Source: Pecten maximus (Eukaryota). From it: DNA of 64,000 nt. The stretch covers positions 11,718,001-11,782,000 of the forward strand of contig NC_047025.1 of NCBI RefSeq assembly GCF_902652985.1. Reading direction: 5' to 3'. Each line of letters begins with the position of its first letter. Positions within the stretch are counted from its first letter, which is position 1. The notes under the pieces were generated by a model that worked only from the letters and a program-made list of their open reading frames with translations, was not told the origin of the DNA and did no database searches. The position numbers were made by a program, and so were the translations under genes. Positions 1 to 12,048 of this stretch are shown here, in pieces.

Positions 1-1870
1 CAATTTCATCTTCATACGGAATACCTACATTGAAATCTCTAGCTGGGATACAAACGCGGTAACCATCCTGTTCAAGTGCTGGAAGTAATCCATGCATGAT
101 CCACTTATTTATCTCGTCAGTTGTTTCATCATATGATATATAAACATCATAGTACATATCTGGGTATGTCTTATATTTGCTTCTTAGAGTACGGAACAAC
201 AGGTAAATTTCGTACTTAAATACCTTCACGATCAACGAAATCCCCAAGATAAGAGTTGACAATACTGCCAGAGTAACCGCAATCCATGTCGGCAGCATCG
301 ACGCTTTACTACAATCTAGCAATTCTTCTGTTACTACCTCAGCAGCCTCCTTAGTACTGCGTTCGGTCTGGCACCAGAAGTTATTTATGGTTCCTTTTTG
401 GTTCTCATGCATTTTTATCCATTCTCCATACCATGTATTGCTACAATTGCAGTTAATTGTAAGTTCTCCGAAAATGAAAATGCTTGGTTTTAAGTAACGT
501 ATATCTTCAGGTAGATCATTGAGTTCCGTGTTTCCCCGTAAATCTACTTCCATTGCGTTCTGTAGTTGATTAACAGCACGGCCCTCCATCGTAGTTATGG
601 AGTTGTTGGATAAGACTAACTTCCGTGTTTGGTTAAGGTATCCTCGCCACTTTAAGCTGGATATAATGTTATTGTCTAGATATATCTCAAGGGGAAGATC
701 ATTTCTGGGAACGTGTTTAGGCATCATATCAAGTCCATGCCCTGAGCAATTTACGACCACACGATCTCTGCTTGGCTGTTTATAGCAATTGCAATTGTAA
801 GGACAACCTTCAGTTTGTGGAATATCACATATAAATAGATCGTACTGCTTATTCCGTATCAGTTCCGGTATAGACTGATTACGTAGTTGTTCTGGGGAGA
901 AGCAGTACATATCAAAATAACTTCTCCATATGATCATAAGGCTAGATTCAGCTAACTGAAAGAATGGCTCCATTCTACAATCACATTGGAAGGGGACATC
1001 ACGAATGTCTATACCATAAGAATATATCTTCCCTAAGACTTTAAGGTCAGCAACACCAAGATTTAGAAAGTCAATGACACCAGAAATGCTGTTCTCAGTC
1101 AGGTCAATGAAACCACCTTGTACGATTTCATCGTCTGCTGTCAAAGTCCATCCAGCTTCGTTGACGATATTTTCAATGTTGTTATGTCTGTAATTAAGAT
1201 TACAAAAAGGTCGATTGATGATGACATTCGTTACGTCAATTTCTGATAGATTATTGCCCTCCAGCTGAATATTAAGTATAGAAGACGTTTGATGAGACCA
1301 GGAATAGGGTTCTATGTAGCTTATCTTGTTATTTGCCAAATTTAGGTTGCGCAGTGACACAAGTCCTCGGAATGTACGATTGTAGATGAACGATACTTGG
1401 TTCTCACTCAAATCTAATGTATCCAATTTAGTAAGACACGATATATTTCTTATTTCATTTATATTGTTCCCACTTAAGTCAACATAAACCAAAAGTTGGT
1501 ACTGACATATGTTATCTGGAAGGGCGTTCAGGTATCCAGCTTCGTGTTCCAGCTTCGCTTTGATACCATATCGCCCACTAACTACAGAAGACCCACGAAT
1601 CGTCGTGTATTCCACATCCAATGGCTCTAACTCGCTCATCTTCCAAAGAGGCTGAGTGTTGCGAACGCAACGAATCTCTTTATATTTACTACCACGACAG
1701 GACGACTCAACGTTACAGCAGTTTTCAATGCAGCATAACTCTGAAAGTGTTGAGTTTTCTATAGTACACACTGAATATCCATAGGAACATGGATTGGTAG
1801 CAGTGATAAGAGTACTGACGTACGCCAACACTAGGAATCCAAATACCGATTTTGAATCAAAAGGGTCCAT
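1..1870 (-). CDS. Toll-like receptor copy A (multiple-cysteine-cluster/protostome type), 3' end runs off the window edge
   Basis: ATG at 1870 (MDPFDSKSVFGFLVLAYVSTLITATNPC) follows a tttctttcag acceptor at 1886. The start and the TIR codons at the edge (QDGYRVCIPARDFNVGIPYEDEI) are in the same frame, and no stop-terminated ORF is listed here, so the frame appears open. Colinear with the intact copy at 46788-49007 (LRRs, LRRCT, LRRNT, LRRs, LRRCT, TM, TIR). Confidence 0.9.
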   Translation of the reverse strand, partial: MDPFDSKSVFGFLVLAYVSTLITATNPCSYGYSVCTIENSTLSELCCIENCCNVESSCRGSKYKEIRCVRNTQPLWKMSELEPLDVEYTTIRGSSVVSGRYGIKAKLEHEAGYLNALPDNICQYQLLVYVDLSGNNINEIRNISCLTKLDTLDLSENQVSFIYNRTFRGLVSLRNLNLANNKISYIEPYSWSHQTSSILNIQLEGNNLSEIDVTNVIINRPFCNLNYRHNNIENIVNEAGWTLTADDEIVQGGFIDLTENSISGVIDFLNLGVADLKVLGKIYSYGIDIRDVPFQCDCRMEPFFQLAESSLMIIWRSYFDMYCFSPEQLRNQSIPELIRNKQYDLFICDIPQTEGCPYNCNCYKQPSRDRVVVNCSGHGLDMMPKHVPRNDLPLEIYLDNNIISSLKWRGYLNQTRKLVLSNNSITTMEGRAVNQLQNAMEVDLRGNTELNDLPEDIRYLKPSIFIFGELTINCNCSNTWYGEWIKMHENQKGTINNFWCQTERSTKEAAEVVTEELLDCSKASMLPTWIAVTLAVLSTLILGISLIVKVFKYEIYLLFRTLRSKYKTYPDMYYDVYISYDETTDEINKWIMHGLLPALEQDGYRVCIPARDFNVGIPYEDEI

Positions 1871-2039
1871 TGCCTTCAGGAACAACTGAAAGAAAATTTT
1901 AAAAAATATAAGAAAAATTGATTTATCTTTATTTCAATATTTGAAACTGTTAAGATAGAAAGGTAAACTAAGTTAAAGCAAGCGAAATAAACACCTCCCT
2001 ATATGTATATTGATGTTTTCGATGTGATGAAATACAGGT

Positions 2040-2350
2040 TTGATGTCATCTGATCCGAAGGGTGAGGATGCCCTAAAACCATTGTGCTCCCCCGTCGTCG
2101 TCCGCCGTGCACCGTTAGATTTTCACAATCAAAACGCTACTCATCTTTATGCACAAAGCGGATTACTACCAAATTTGATGTGAAACATTATTAGGGGATT
2201 GCAATCATATTATATATAAATGAGGCTAGTCTGACCCAAGGGGCCCGAGTTGGGGTGCCAAAATGGCGAACTTCGTTGATTTTTTTACTTTAGAAATCAT
2301 ACTCTTTCTTAACATATGGGTGGATTACATCCCAATTTGTGAAGCATCAT

Positions 2351-2384
<34 letters not shown>

Positions 2385-2760
2385 ATCACCACCCGTGGTG
2401 GGGCCCGAAAAGGGGAACTTTTTCTGTAATGTTGCTTTAAAACCTCTCCTCCTAAGCTATTCAGTTGATTATAACCAAATTTGGGGACAGAGGAATGGGG
2501 TCCCAAAAGGGGAAATTAGCCTATAATTTGCTTTAAAGCACAAATCCTCCTTAATGTTTTAATGGATTACAACCAAATTTTGTTTGAAACATCATTAGGG
2601 GACGGCAATTATAACTAATATAAATGAGTCCGGTCTGACCCCTGGAAAAAGAAGGGCGGGGCCTCTAAAATAAGAACTTAGCTTAAATACTGCTTTAAAT
2701 CGCTTCCTCTCCTGAATGACTGAACTTAGTTCAACCATATTTAGCATGAAACATTATTAA
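2040..2760. repeat. Interspersed repeat with internal tandem subunits (Helentron/HINE-like satellite-bearing element) and a long poly-G run
   Basis: Starts with a ccgtcgtcgtccg microsatellite-like motif. The subunit ggattac..ccaaattt..tgaaacat.attagggga..gcaat..ataaatgag..gtctgaccc recurs at ~2160 and ~2563, with partial copies at ~2320 and ~2730. The family assignment is by resemblance only. Confidence 0.45.
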
Positions 2761-5700
2761 AAATATTTTTTTTAAAACGTTAAACATTACGTAATTTGTT
2801 TTCATGAAAATGTATCAGTAATCTTTGATCTGCTGTGCTATGATCCCACATCATATTCACCAATACTATTACGGAATTTGTCATCCAAATAACAATGAAT
2901 ATGTATTTTAACAAATAAAATTCAGCGTATTATTGCAATGATATCAGTATATTCTAGTCCTTTTTATGTGTGAAAGGCAGTGACCTGTACCAAGTATTGC
3001 ATCCTCTCTTGAGTATTTCAACTTCCCTAAGGAGTATACCTTCAAGGCGCCAAGGGTTATATCCCCCTTCTAATTACATAAGTGCCCCGATGGTTTATAC
3101 AAGGGGAATCCCCGAATATGTTTTCCCCAGTTAGGTTTACCTGTAGTGTTCCTTTACGGGGGATTGAATTACAACTGAATAATATAAGGAGGCCATTTTC
3201 CATTGTGGCAGGTTGTATATGTGTACTGTTGATTTTTTCATTACGGACAATCCATTATATTACTAATACCTGTGTTCTTTAACATGTAATATGCAAGGCG
3301 TAAGGCGTATTAAAAGAGACATGAATATTCCTCATGACGTCAACGTATTAATAGAAATGTATTTGAATGGATATATTTTACAAAACATGTATTTAGAGTA
3401 AGAATATCAACTGGAACGTTTTGCTTCTGTGCACTTGACAAATTTGTCAAATTTGTAGGTCAGAATATAAAGAATCAAATCTATGCACAATATCTCCAGT
3501 TTATCAATATAAGACATGTTTTGGAACAAATATTAAGTTAATGATGATTGTAGATTATACTGGATCTTATGAAACTGGGGAGTCTTGATATCAGTTTAAC
3601 CTGCATGAGAGATTTGCGAAAGATAAAATATTTTATTTGGTTATGATTCAGCCTTTTAATAGTACTATAATCTCATAGTTTGATATTTGGATAACGACGA
3701 TCAACTACTTGCGTTCTCTTGCAGTACTGTGTCCATAAAAAACGACAGCTATAACAACGAGAAAAATATTAGGAGGATACTGGTGAAAAAAGACACCCTT
3801 ACCAGATTGATTTTCTGCGTCTCCAATTCTTGTAACACCATTGTTGCTCTTGATGCCATAAAAAGGTATTTAACAAATATATCACAAAATAGTCTACATC
3901 CCCTCTGTGTGATTGCAGGAGCAAGAACCACAACCATTTTAGTTATGTTATCAAAATATATTTCTACACGGAATCTATAGGGAAATTCATTTGGCTGTTC
4001 ATGGTATTTTTATATCTTTCCAACACCCTATACGTGCTATAGTTATATTTCGCCACCTGTAACAGCACACAGGAAGCCCCAGACTTTAGCCTTGTGCTGT
4101 ATATGTTTTCCTCTAAGACAATACCTACCGTCATATTGTAGGTTGTAGTTCCCTCCAAACACAAACGATCAGACTTCGTTAACACCAACAAAATCCCGTA
4201 ATCCGGTTTCAAGAATATGACGTTTTCATTTGCAATCCTTATTCAATTTTGCTATACCATGCTTGGTTTTGCCGTATCGATTGCTGTGCATGTCTTCTAT
4301 ATGATATAAACTAATACCAAATGTCTCATGAATAACTGACAGACAGAAACATGCACATGCCACGCCGGGCTTTAACATTTTAATTAAACTTGACTTTTTA
4401 TTCAGGTTGTCATTCTTATACCAGCTATATCCGTGTAACCGACCTAACCAAGCATGTCATTGGCGATATATTGTACGCATGATAGGGTTACGAATGTTTT
4501 ACAATAGGGTATTTTATGAAAGGTATCAAAATGTGTTTGATTTAATTTGTTTTGAATAACTGTGTTAGTTCTTTATAAATGCTGTGGATCGAAAACAAGA
4601 CAGGCTATTTTCTCGGTAGATAACGAGAATCTGATAATAAGAAACCTGCTCTTGATTTGCTGTCGAAATAATGGAGTTTTTGTCCATGATGTTGTATTTA
4701 GTTACACAAGGTAGACAGTCACGAAGTGGGACATAGATGAACGCACACTGCATTGCAGGATACACAATGATATTGCCTTTTACACAGTGTGGAATGTAAA
4801 GTGATATTTCACAGTATTTACAGGAATCCTCTCAAACGTGATTTTTTCCACCAAACACATGTGACATACTCCTACATCCAGCTTATGTCGACTGATTTCA
4901 AGGATTTTACAAATAACTGAATAATGCATTTTAATTAACTGAAGCCCAAAGAAATGTCTGAAATGCATAACTGTATTAATGATAAAAATAGCAGAATAAA
5001 AACATCACAGTCACGCAAGACTGGGCAGGCCTATATTACAAGCACCTGTCGGAATACGATCAACGTGAAGTTTTTGCCGTTTACATAACACGATATAAAA
5101 GGTTCGGATTACATCAGGGAAACATTCCTTTTGAAATAAAACCGACGACAACAAAACCTATTTATAGATAAATGATAAACGTGAGAAAGATGTTGTTTCA
5201 GGGGACCTCGCACATTTTACCGATACGAATCAACACCAAACAATATCCATTGTTAACTCAACCAACACGCTATGAATTGACAGTAAGGGTATTTAGGAGT
5301 GACGTACGTACTGTTAATGGGAAACACCCTAAATGACCGTACTGACTGCAGGGGGTTAACATGAAGTGAGATTCTTTGAATACGTGAATTACAATGTCCC
5401 ACAGACGTTTGAAATTCAGACAGTAAATTGAGATATATATCAGATAAAAAGTAAGGATATTACTATAAACATAGGGTTTTCTAATGAATAACAGTAGGGG
5501 TAGCAAACAATACTGGCGCTATTTTTTTTTTATTTTTTTTTTTTTTTATTCTTTGTCATATCTTTGTAGAGTATAACCCCCAGGTTTGTTCCTGTTGTGA
5601 AACATTATATTAGGTACTACATGAGATAATGTCGAGTCGATAGGATTGATAATTTTTTCATTATCTTTTTTTTTAATTTTTTTTTTTTTTCAAAATTTTA

Positions 5701-6097
5701 CAAATCGTGATACAACACATTTGATACATGTACATGATTTTTGTTACGCATTTTGAATTATGAATATAAACACTATTGTATTTATTCTATACTTATCAAC
5801 CATGTAAATATAGACATACACAGAAAAATGGATTAACACACCAACACACCCTTTCTCCTGCAACAACTACACTCACGCACACGCCCACATGCAACACACA
5901 CATAAACATTCACACAATCACATACATCATCCGACTACCTATCAAATTTCTCATCTTCACCACATATATCACCATCATTATAATAGTCATGAACAAAAAC
6001 ATTGATTACCATAGACTACGAATATATTATCTTATCGCTTTTCATCTTCCAACATAATGATGACAAGTAGCATTGCAATCACACCAACATTTACATC

Positions 6098-6098
<1 letters not shown>

Positions 6099-6137
<39 letters not shown>

Positions 6138-6158
6138 TACAGACAGACAGACAGAGAG
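6099..6158. repeat. Compound microsatellite (GA)n(GACA)n
   Basis: Directly visible. Confidence 0.9.
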
Positions 6159-7199
6159 CACTCACAATACCATGCCCATGGGGAATATAATTAGGCTTTT
6201 GACCAACATTGCACGGAATAATCGGTTTTATGGGGATTCCTCTGATTCCCCATAAATCCAAGCACTATTTGAAAAGAATCCGGATGCGAAAATTGTCGCC
6301 AAAAGTAAATGTGCTATTTTTAGAACAACTGGCAAATTCCATTCTCTCACACTGCCGTAGAAGTCGGCTTGAAGAATTATGGGTAATATTCCCCACAAGA
6401 CGACTTTATAGAGATAATTACAAATTCCCCGCAAACCTAAGAACAGTGATAATTATTCCTCATAAATAGGCATATTAAGAGAGAAACCTAAGTATACATC
6501 CCCATTCAAGCAAAGTATGAGAATATTTAACATACCATCCCCCCACCCCCAACATACACACTCACAAGAATGCAAATATGCCCCCTCTCCATAAGAACAG
6601 TGATCTTGACCTGAACAGTGGGCTGGGAAACACCAGATGAGGAATTCCTTCCTGTTTGCACCTCTCGCATTTATTACTACACATTCTGTTTTTAATAGGA
6701 ACTATTTCCGAATTTTTAGCTATAACTCTTCATTCTGGTATCAATGAAGTACCTAATTCAAACGTTAATTCCTCAAATAAATCCACACAAACTTCATCAA
6801 ATGATAACTTTAAGGGACTTGGTTCTGGTGAAACACCACCTCATTGGCCGATAGGTTTATTCTTTTCCCGCCAAAATTTTAAATTATCCAAAAAATTGAA
6901 ATTGAAATGTTTTTTGTCCAATACTCTGACACATACTGACTGTATAATTAGCACACACACAGTACTTCATTTATTGGCAGCTACTTAAGAAAGCTTGAGA
7001 GAGAATAGAATTAGAGCAGACAGAGACAAAGAGAGAAAGAGACAGGGCTAGGATCAAAAACATATCATCAATAAATCAATAATGACCTAAATAATCTAAA
7101 TTTTAGAAAAAATAAAAACATTTTGTATGTATGTATAACTTTGAAATAAATGAGAAAAGTAGTGTCAAATGTATCAATCTTTAGGTCTTAGATTGTTGA

Positions 7200-8470
7200 G
7201 GTTTATAAAATCATTATAAAAATGTTGAATATCTTATACTCACACATAACCAAGTTCTAATATTTTTTTACCATTTTTTCCATTCATTTTCTAGCTTAGC
7301 TTGAGCAAAATATCCATGGCTGTTGGCAATGAATCTCTGAACAGCATAGTACTCTTGTATAGATCTAACTAGAATATTGATATTTAAAACTTTATGAAGG
7401 CATCTTGTATTTGTGTGATCGACTTGATATACTTGAATAAATTCTTGAAAACTATAAAAGCTTGCAGTGTCTAGATATTTAACCAAGTCATTTATCATAG
7501 GCATCCCTTTATTGTACCATGATCTGTAAAATATAGATTAACAGTCGATAGTCAGGTTTGGATCATACCTTAGTGGTGTTTTCCCGTTACAGCTGGGATT
7601 TTTTTAGATGTCTTTAACTCTTTACCTCATTTGTTTTATTGAATCTTGTCCGTGCTTTAAACATATCTATCAAGAACATTTATTTTGGCACACTGAAATA
7701 TATCCATCACCGCAAATTGAAAGCATGTGTTTATCAGCATATGTGTTAAGGATTACCAGGCCTATGATGCATACTCCTATCCATCCAAGTTTCAACGATT
7801 CTATAAAAGCTCTTATATCAACCATCTTCAGCCCCCATCACAACAATTTTGAGCTATCTTCTCTTAACCTTATCAATTTTACTATTCCATTGAAACTGAA
7901 GAGCAACGAATTTAATGTACTCAAAACAATGATGACAATCTACCAACTGGAGTAAGAGATCTTCTGCTCCAGGTGTTGATCGGACACTTTAGTTCAAATG
8001 GTTTCTTATCAAAGTTATGGTTATGCAACATAACATTAAATTCTATTCCTAGAAGTGTAAATTTTGTCTTTCCCCCATTGAAAATATAAGTCAGACAGAA
8101 ATGTATCTCTGCTATGGCATTTTTCTCCAATCCAAACTACCTGTGTTCATTTTAAACCAGATATTTTAGTAAAACTATATAATTCATTGTCAGACTCTTT
8201 CAGAGATTTTTCCTAGCCATCTAATACCAGAGGTGTGTCATCAGCATATTTGGAAATACGAATAGGAGTATTATCTACATATATACCATTTACATAGTAA
8301 TTGTGTCTTATCCGTATGCCTAATATTTCTACACATAGCAAAAAAAAAAAAAAAAAATAGGAGATATTGGGTCGCCATGACGACAGCCCCATTTTAAACT
8401 TTTGAAATGATGATTAATTCCCTCCTTGATCTATCGCTGAAGTGAAATTGGTATGAACAACTTTAACCGA
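7200..8470 (-). mobile_element. Degenerate non-LTR retrotransposon ORF2 fragment (L1/Tx1-like)
   Basis: The minus strand encodes GCRHGDPISP (cf. GCRQGDPLSP) near 8390, ISKYADDTPL near 8250, FTLLGIEF and INTWSRRSLTPVGR. Multiple stops and frameshifts. Confidence 0.75.
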
Positions 8471-8621
8471 ATTTCACGGCAAAAATTGGGAAAAAAATCA
8501 AAAGTTTATCAATAAAAACCCAGAAACACAACGGTTATATGTCTGACCGTTTGGTTCAGGGTTCGAGTCAGATGACAAAAGAAAATGGAAACAAACGAAG
8601 GTATTGACATTGAGGAGGCTA

Positions 8622-10842
8622 TCAATTGCATTGCTTCTGCAGCATATCGTGACGATTAAATCGTGTTTTGCAGTTAGTATATTCGTTCTTTAAACGGCGA
8701 TTTGATCTACTTGAACAACCAATTATTTTCTTGATATCGGCAATTAACGACTGCTTCATGTTGGCAAAGTCAAGGTACATTCCAAGCCGGACGAACGCTC
8801 TTAAGACGGGATGGGTCACGGAATCATAGTCTAAAATGTCTAAATTTATCAGGATAATGTTCTTGATTTGATAAGAAGTATACAAATACCATGCATGCTT
8901 CCATTCCAAATGCCAAGACACGCTTCTCACATTTTTTGAAAAGAGCGTTAAAACAAATTTGCTCCGTCCCATAAAATCGGCGATTTCATTTTCATACGTG
9001 ATACCTACACTAAAATCTCTAGCTGGAATACAAACTCGGTAACCGTCATTTTCCAGTGCTGGAAGTAATCCATTCATGATCCACTTATTTATCTCGTCAG
9101 TTGTTTCATCATATGATACATACACATCATAATACCTATCTGGGTATGTCTTATATTTGCTTCTGAGTGTACGGAACAACAGGTAAATTTCGTACTGAAA
9201 TATCTTAGCGATTAAAGAAATGCCCAAGATAAGGGATGTCAGTACTGCGAGAGAAATCGTAATCCATTTTGGCAGTATCGACGGTTTCCTACAATCAAGG
9301 AACTCTTCTGTTACGACCTCAGCAGCTTCCTTAGCACTGTTTACAGTGTGACACCAAAAGTTGTTGCTCTCTCCTTTTTCGTTCAGATGCATTTTTATCC
9401 AATTTCCAAACCATGTATTGTCACAGTTGCAATAAATTGTCAATTCTCCAAACATGAAAATACTTGGTTTTAAGTAACGTATATCTTCAGGTAGGTTCTT
9501 GATTCCCTTTTCCCCCCGTAAGTCTACTTCTGTTGCATTCTGTAGTTGATTAACAGCGCTACCCTCCATCGTAGTTATAGAGTTGTTGGATAAGGATAAC
9601 TTCCGGGTTCGGTTAAGGTATTCGCGCCACTCTAAGCTGGATATAATGTTATTGTCTAGATATATCTCAAGGGGAAGATCATTTCTGGGAACGTGTTGCG
9701 GCATTATATCAAGTCCATGCCCTGAGCAATTTACGACCACACGATCTCTGCTTGGCTGCTTATAGCAATTGCAATTGTAAGGACAACCTTCAGTTTGTGG
9801 TATATCACATATAAACAGATCGTACTGCTTATTCCGGATCAGTTCTGGTATAGACCGATTGCGTAGTTGCTCTGGGGAGAAGCAGTACATATCAAAATAA
9901 CTTCTCCATACCACCTGAAGGGCAGATTCTGCCAACTGGAAGAATGGCTCCATTCTACAATCACATTGGAAGGGGACATCACGAATGTCTATGCCATAAG
10001 AATATGTCTTTCCGAAGACTTTAAGGTCAGTAACACCAAGATTTAGAAAGTCGATGATGCCAGACATGCAGTTTTTAGTCAAATCGACGAAACCACCTTG
10101 TACGATTTCATCGTCCGCTGTCAAAGTCCATCCAGCTTCGTTAACGATATTTTCAATGTTGTTATGTTCCGTAATCAAGATTACAAAATGGTCGATTGAT
10201 GATGACATTTGTTACGTCAACTTCTGACAGATCATTGCCCTCCAGCTGAATATTTAGTATAGTAGACGTTTGATGAGACCAGGAATAGGGTTCTATGTAG
10301 CTTATCTTGTTATTTGCCAAGTTTAAATTGCGCAGTGACACCAGTCCTCGGAATGTATTATTGTAGATATAAGACAGTTGGTTCTCACTCAAATCTAATG
10401 TGTCTAATTTAGTAAGACACGATATATTTCCTATTTCCTTTATATTGTTACCACTTAAGTCAACATTAACCAAAAGTTGGTACTGACATATGTTATCTGG
10501 AAGAGCTTCCAGGTATCCAGCTTTATGTTCTAGCTTTGATTTGATATCGTATCGTCCATTTAGTTCAGAAGAGCCTCGAACTGTCGTGTATTCCACATAC
10601 AATGGGTGTAGCGCGCTAATCTCCCAAAGAGGCTGAGTGTGGCAAACACAGCGTATATCTTTACGGCCACGACAAGACGACTCAACGTTACAGCAGTTTT
10701 CGATACAACATAATTCCGAAAGTGTCGAGTTTTCTATGGTACATACTGAATATCCATAGGAACATGGATTGGTTGCGGCTATAAGAGTACTGAGGTACGC
10801 CAACACTAGGAATCCCAGTCCAGTTTTTGAATTAAGATTCAT
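8622..10842 (-). pseudogene. Toll-like receptor copy B, full length but split by a single +1 frameshift at ~10168 (pseudogene, allele or assembly indel)
   Basis: ORFs 10162-10896 (signal peptide, Cys cluster, LRRs; true ATG at 10842 after an acceptor at 10858) and 8622-10208 (LRRCT, LRRNT CPYNCNC..VVVNCS, TM, TIR YDVYVSY..RDF) together align to copy D. Copy A reads TAC AGA CAT AAC where B reads TAC GGAA CAT AAC. Confidence 0.88.
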
Positions 10843-10919
10843 TGCCTGCAGGAATAACTGAAATAAAAAAATTAAGAGAAACGATAAAACAGACAAATAT
10901 GTTATTGATATTTATCTAA

Positions 10920-11032
10920 GCATTGATATCATTTTTTTAGTTTCATTGGGGTATGAACAACATTGCTTGCAAACTGTATGAATCTTTCTTCATACCCCTA
11001 TGAAACAAAAAATAATTGACATCAACACTTAT
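10920..11032. repeat. Imperfect hairpin, probable non-autonomous DNA transposon part
   Basis: tttcattggggtatgaa ... ttcatacccctatgaaa inverted arms. Confidence 0.5.
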
Positions 11033-11980
11033 AATTAATTTTTGAAACTGATTAACAAAATTAAAATATGTTGTACAGTTGTATTTACAATTTAACTAAT
11101 CTTATAAGATATTATATTTCACAAATTAATACGCAAGGTCAATTGCCTTAATGTGGCGTTATATTTTGTGCGTCATTTTTGGATTTTTTTCGTGATGGTA
11201 TGAACAAAATCTAAACTAATCAGAAAGCCGCATTTGCGGTTTATTGCATTAATTATATCATAAACTAAATAAAATGAAAAGTTAATCCGTTAATTAACCA
11301 ATACACGTCACTTTTGGCTTGTGTTTAATGTCATTCCATAGCATTCAATTACGACTAAGTCCGTATTAGGCAGTCGTTAACCAAGAATAATTGTGTCATT
11401 TTCACTGCGGATAATGAAGATGACGATATGGATGGTAAACAAATATGTCGATTTTCGTTACTTTCCGTGTTTCTATCTCAAATTGTCTATTGACAAATAT
11501 AAATCATAATAATCTATAACCTCTTCTTGAACAATTCAAGAGCAACAATTGTGATGACTCAGTTTGAAGATTACAGTTTTCACTTGTAAGAGTTATTTCC
11601 CATTTCCCGCTAGTTGACATATTGACAATGTCTTATAGAGTTCCCTCTTATTTTTGAACTCTCCCTTCGAAGTAAAGTTTCGTTTCAGGTCTGTGCTCCC
11701 AAAATGTTATTGAATAAAAGAAATATGTTTCTAGAAGTTTACAGGTACACTTTGTTAGTGAAACTAAGTCCATCAGATTCTGGATTAATTAATCAATGTA
11801 TATTGAAGTATTCTAAGGTATTTTAGGATGAAATTAAGTTAATATCTATTTCACCGATTTTCTGTTACGTGACATACATTTCCGCTTGTCTGCCCCAAAC
11901 GTGTTTATCATATAATAATTAAACAAGTATTTATATAATAATCATATTTAGGTTAATGACCGCAGCGACTAAGCAGCGAC

Positions 11981-12048
11981 TGATCCAAATACATGCATGA
12001 TAACAAAATTAAATGTTTAATTTTGTTATCATGCATGTATTTGGATCA
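11981..12048. repeat. Perfect 33 bp-arm palindrome with 2 nt loop
   Basis: tgatccaaatacatgcatgataacaaaattaaa-tg-tttaattttgttatcatgcatgtatttggatca. Confidence 0.9.

Noticed and set aside
597-785. Plus-strand 62 aa ORF with a paralogue at 9583-9765
   Set aside because: Antisense shadow of the duplicated TLR coding sequence; similarity is explained by the TLR duplication
2263-2526. Gly-rich/Pro-rich ORFs here and at 41953-42243
   Set aside because: Artefacts of poly-G runs inside a repeat and a pseudogene
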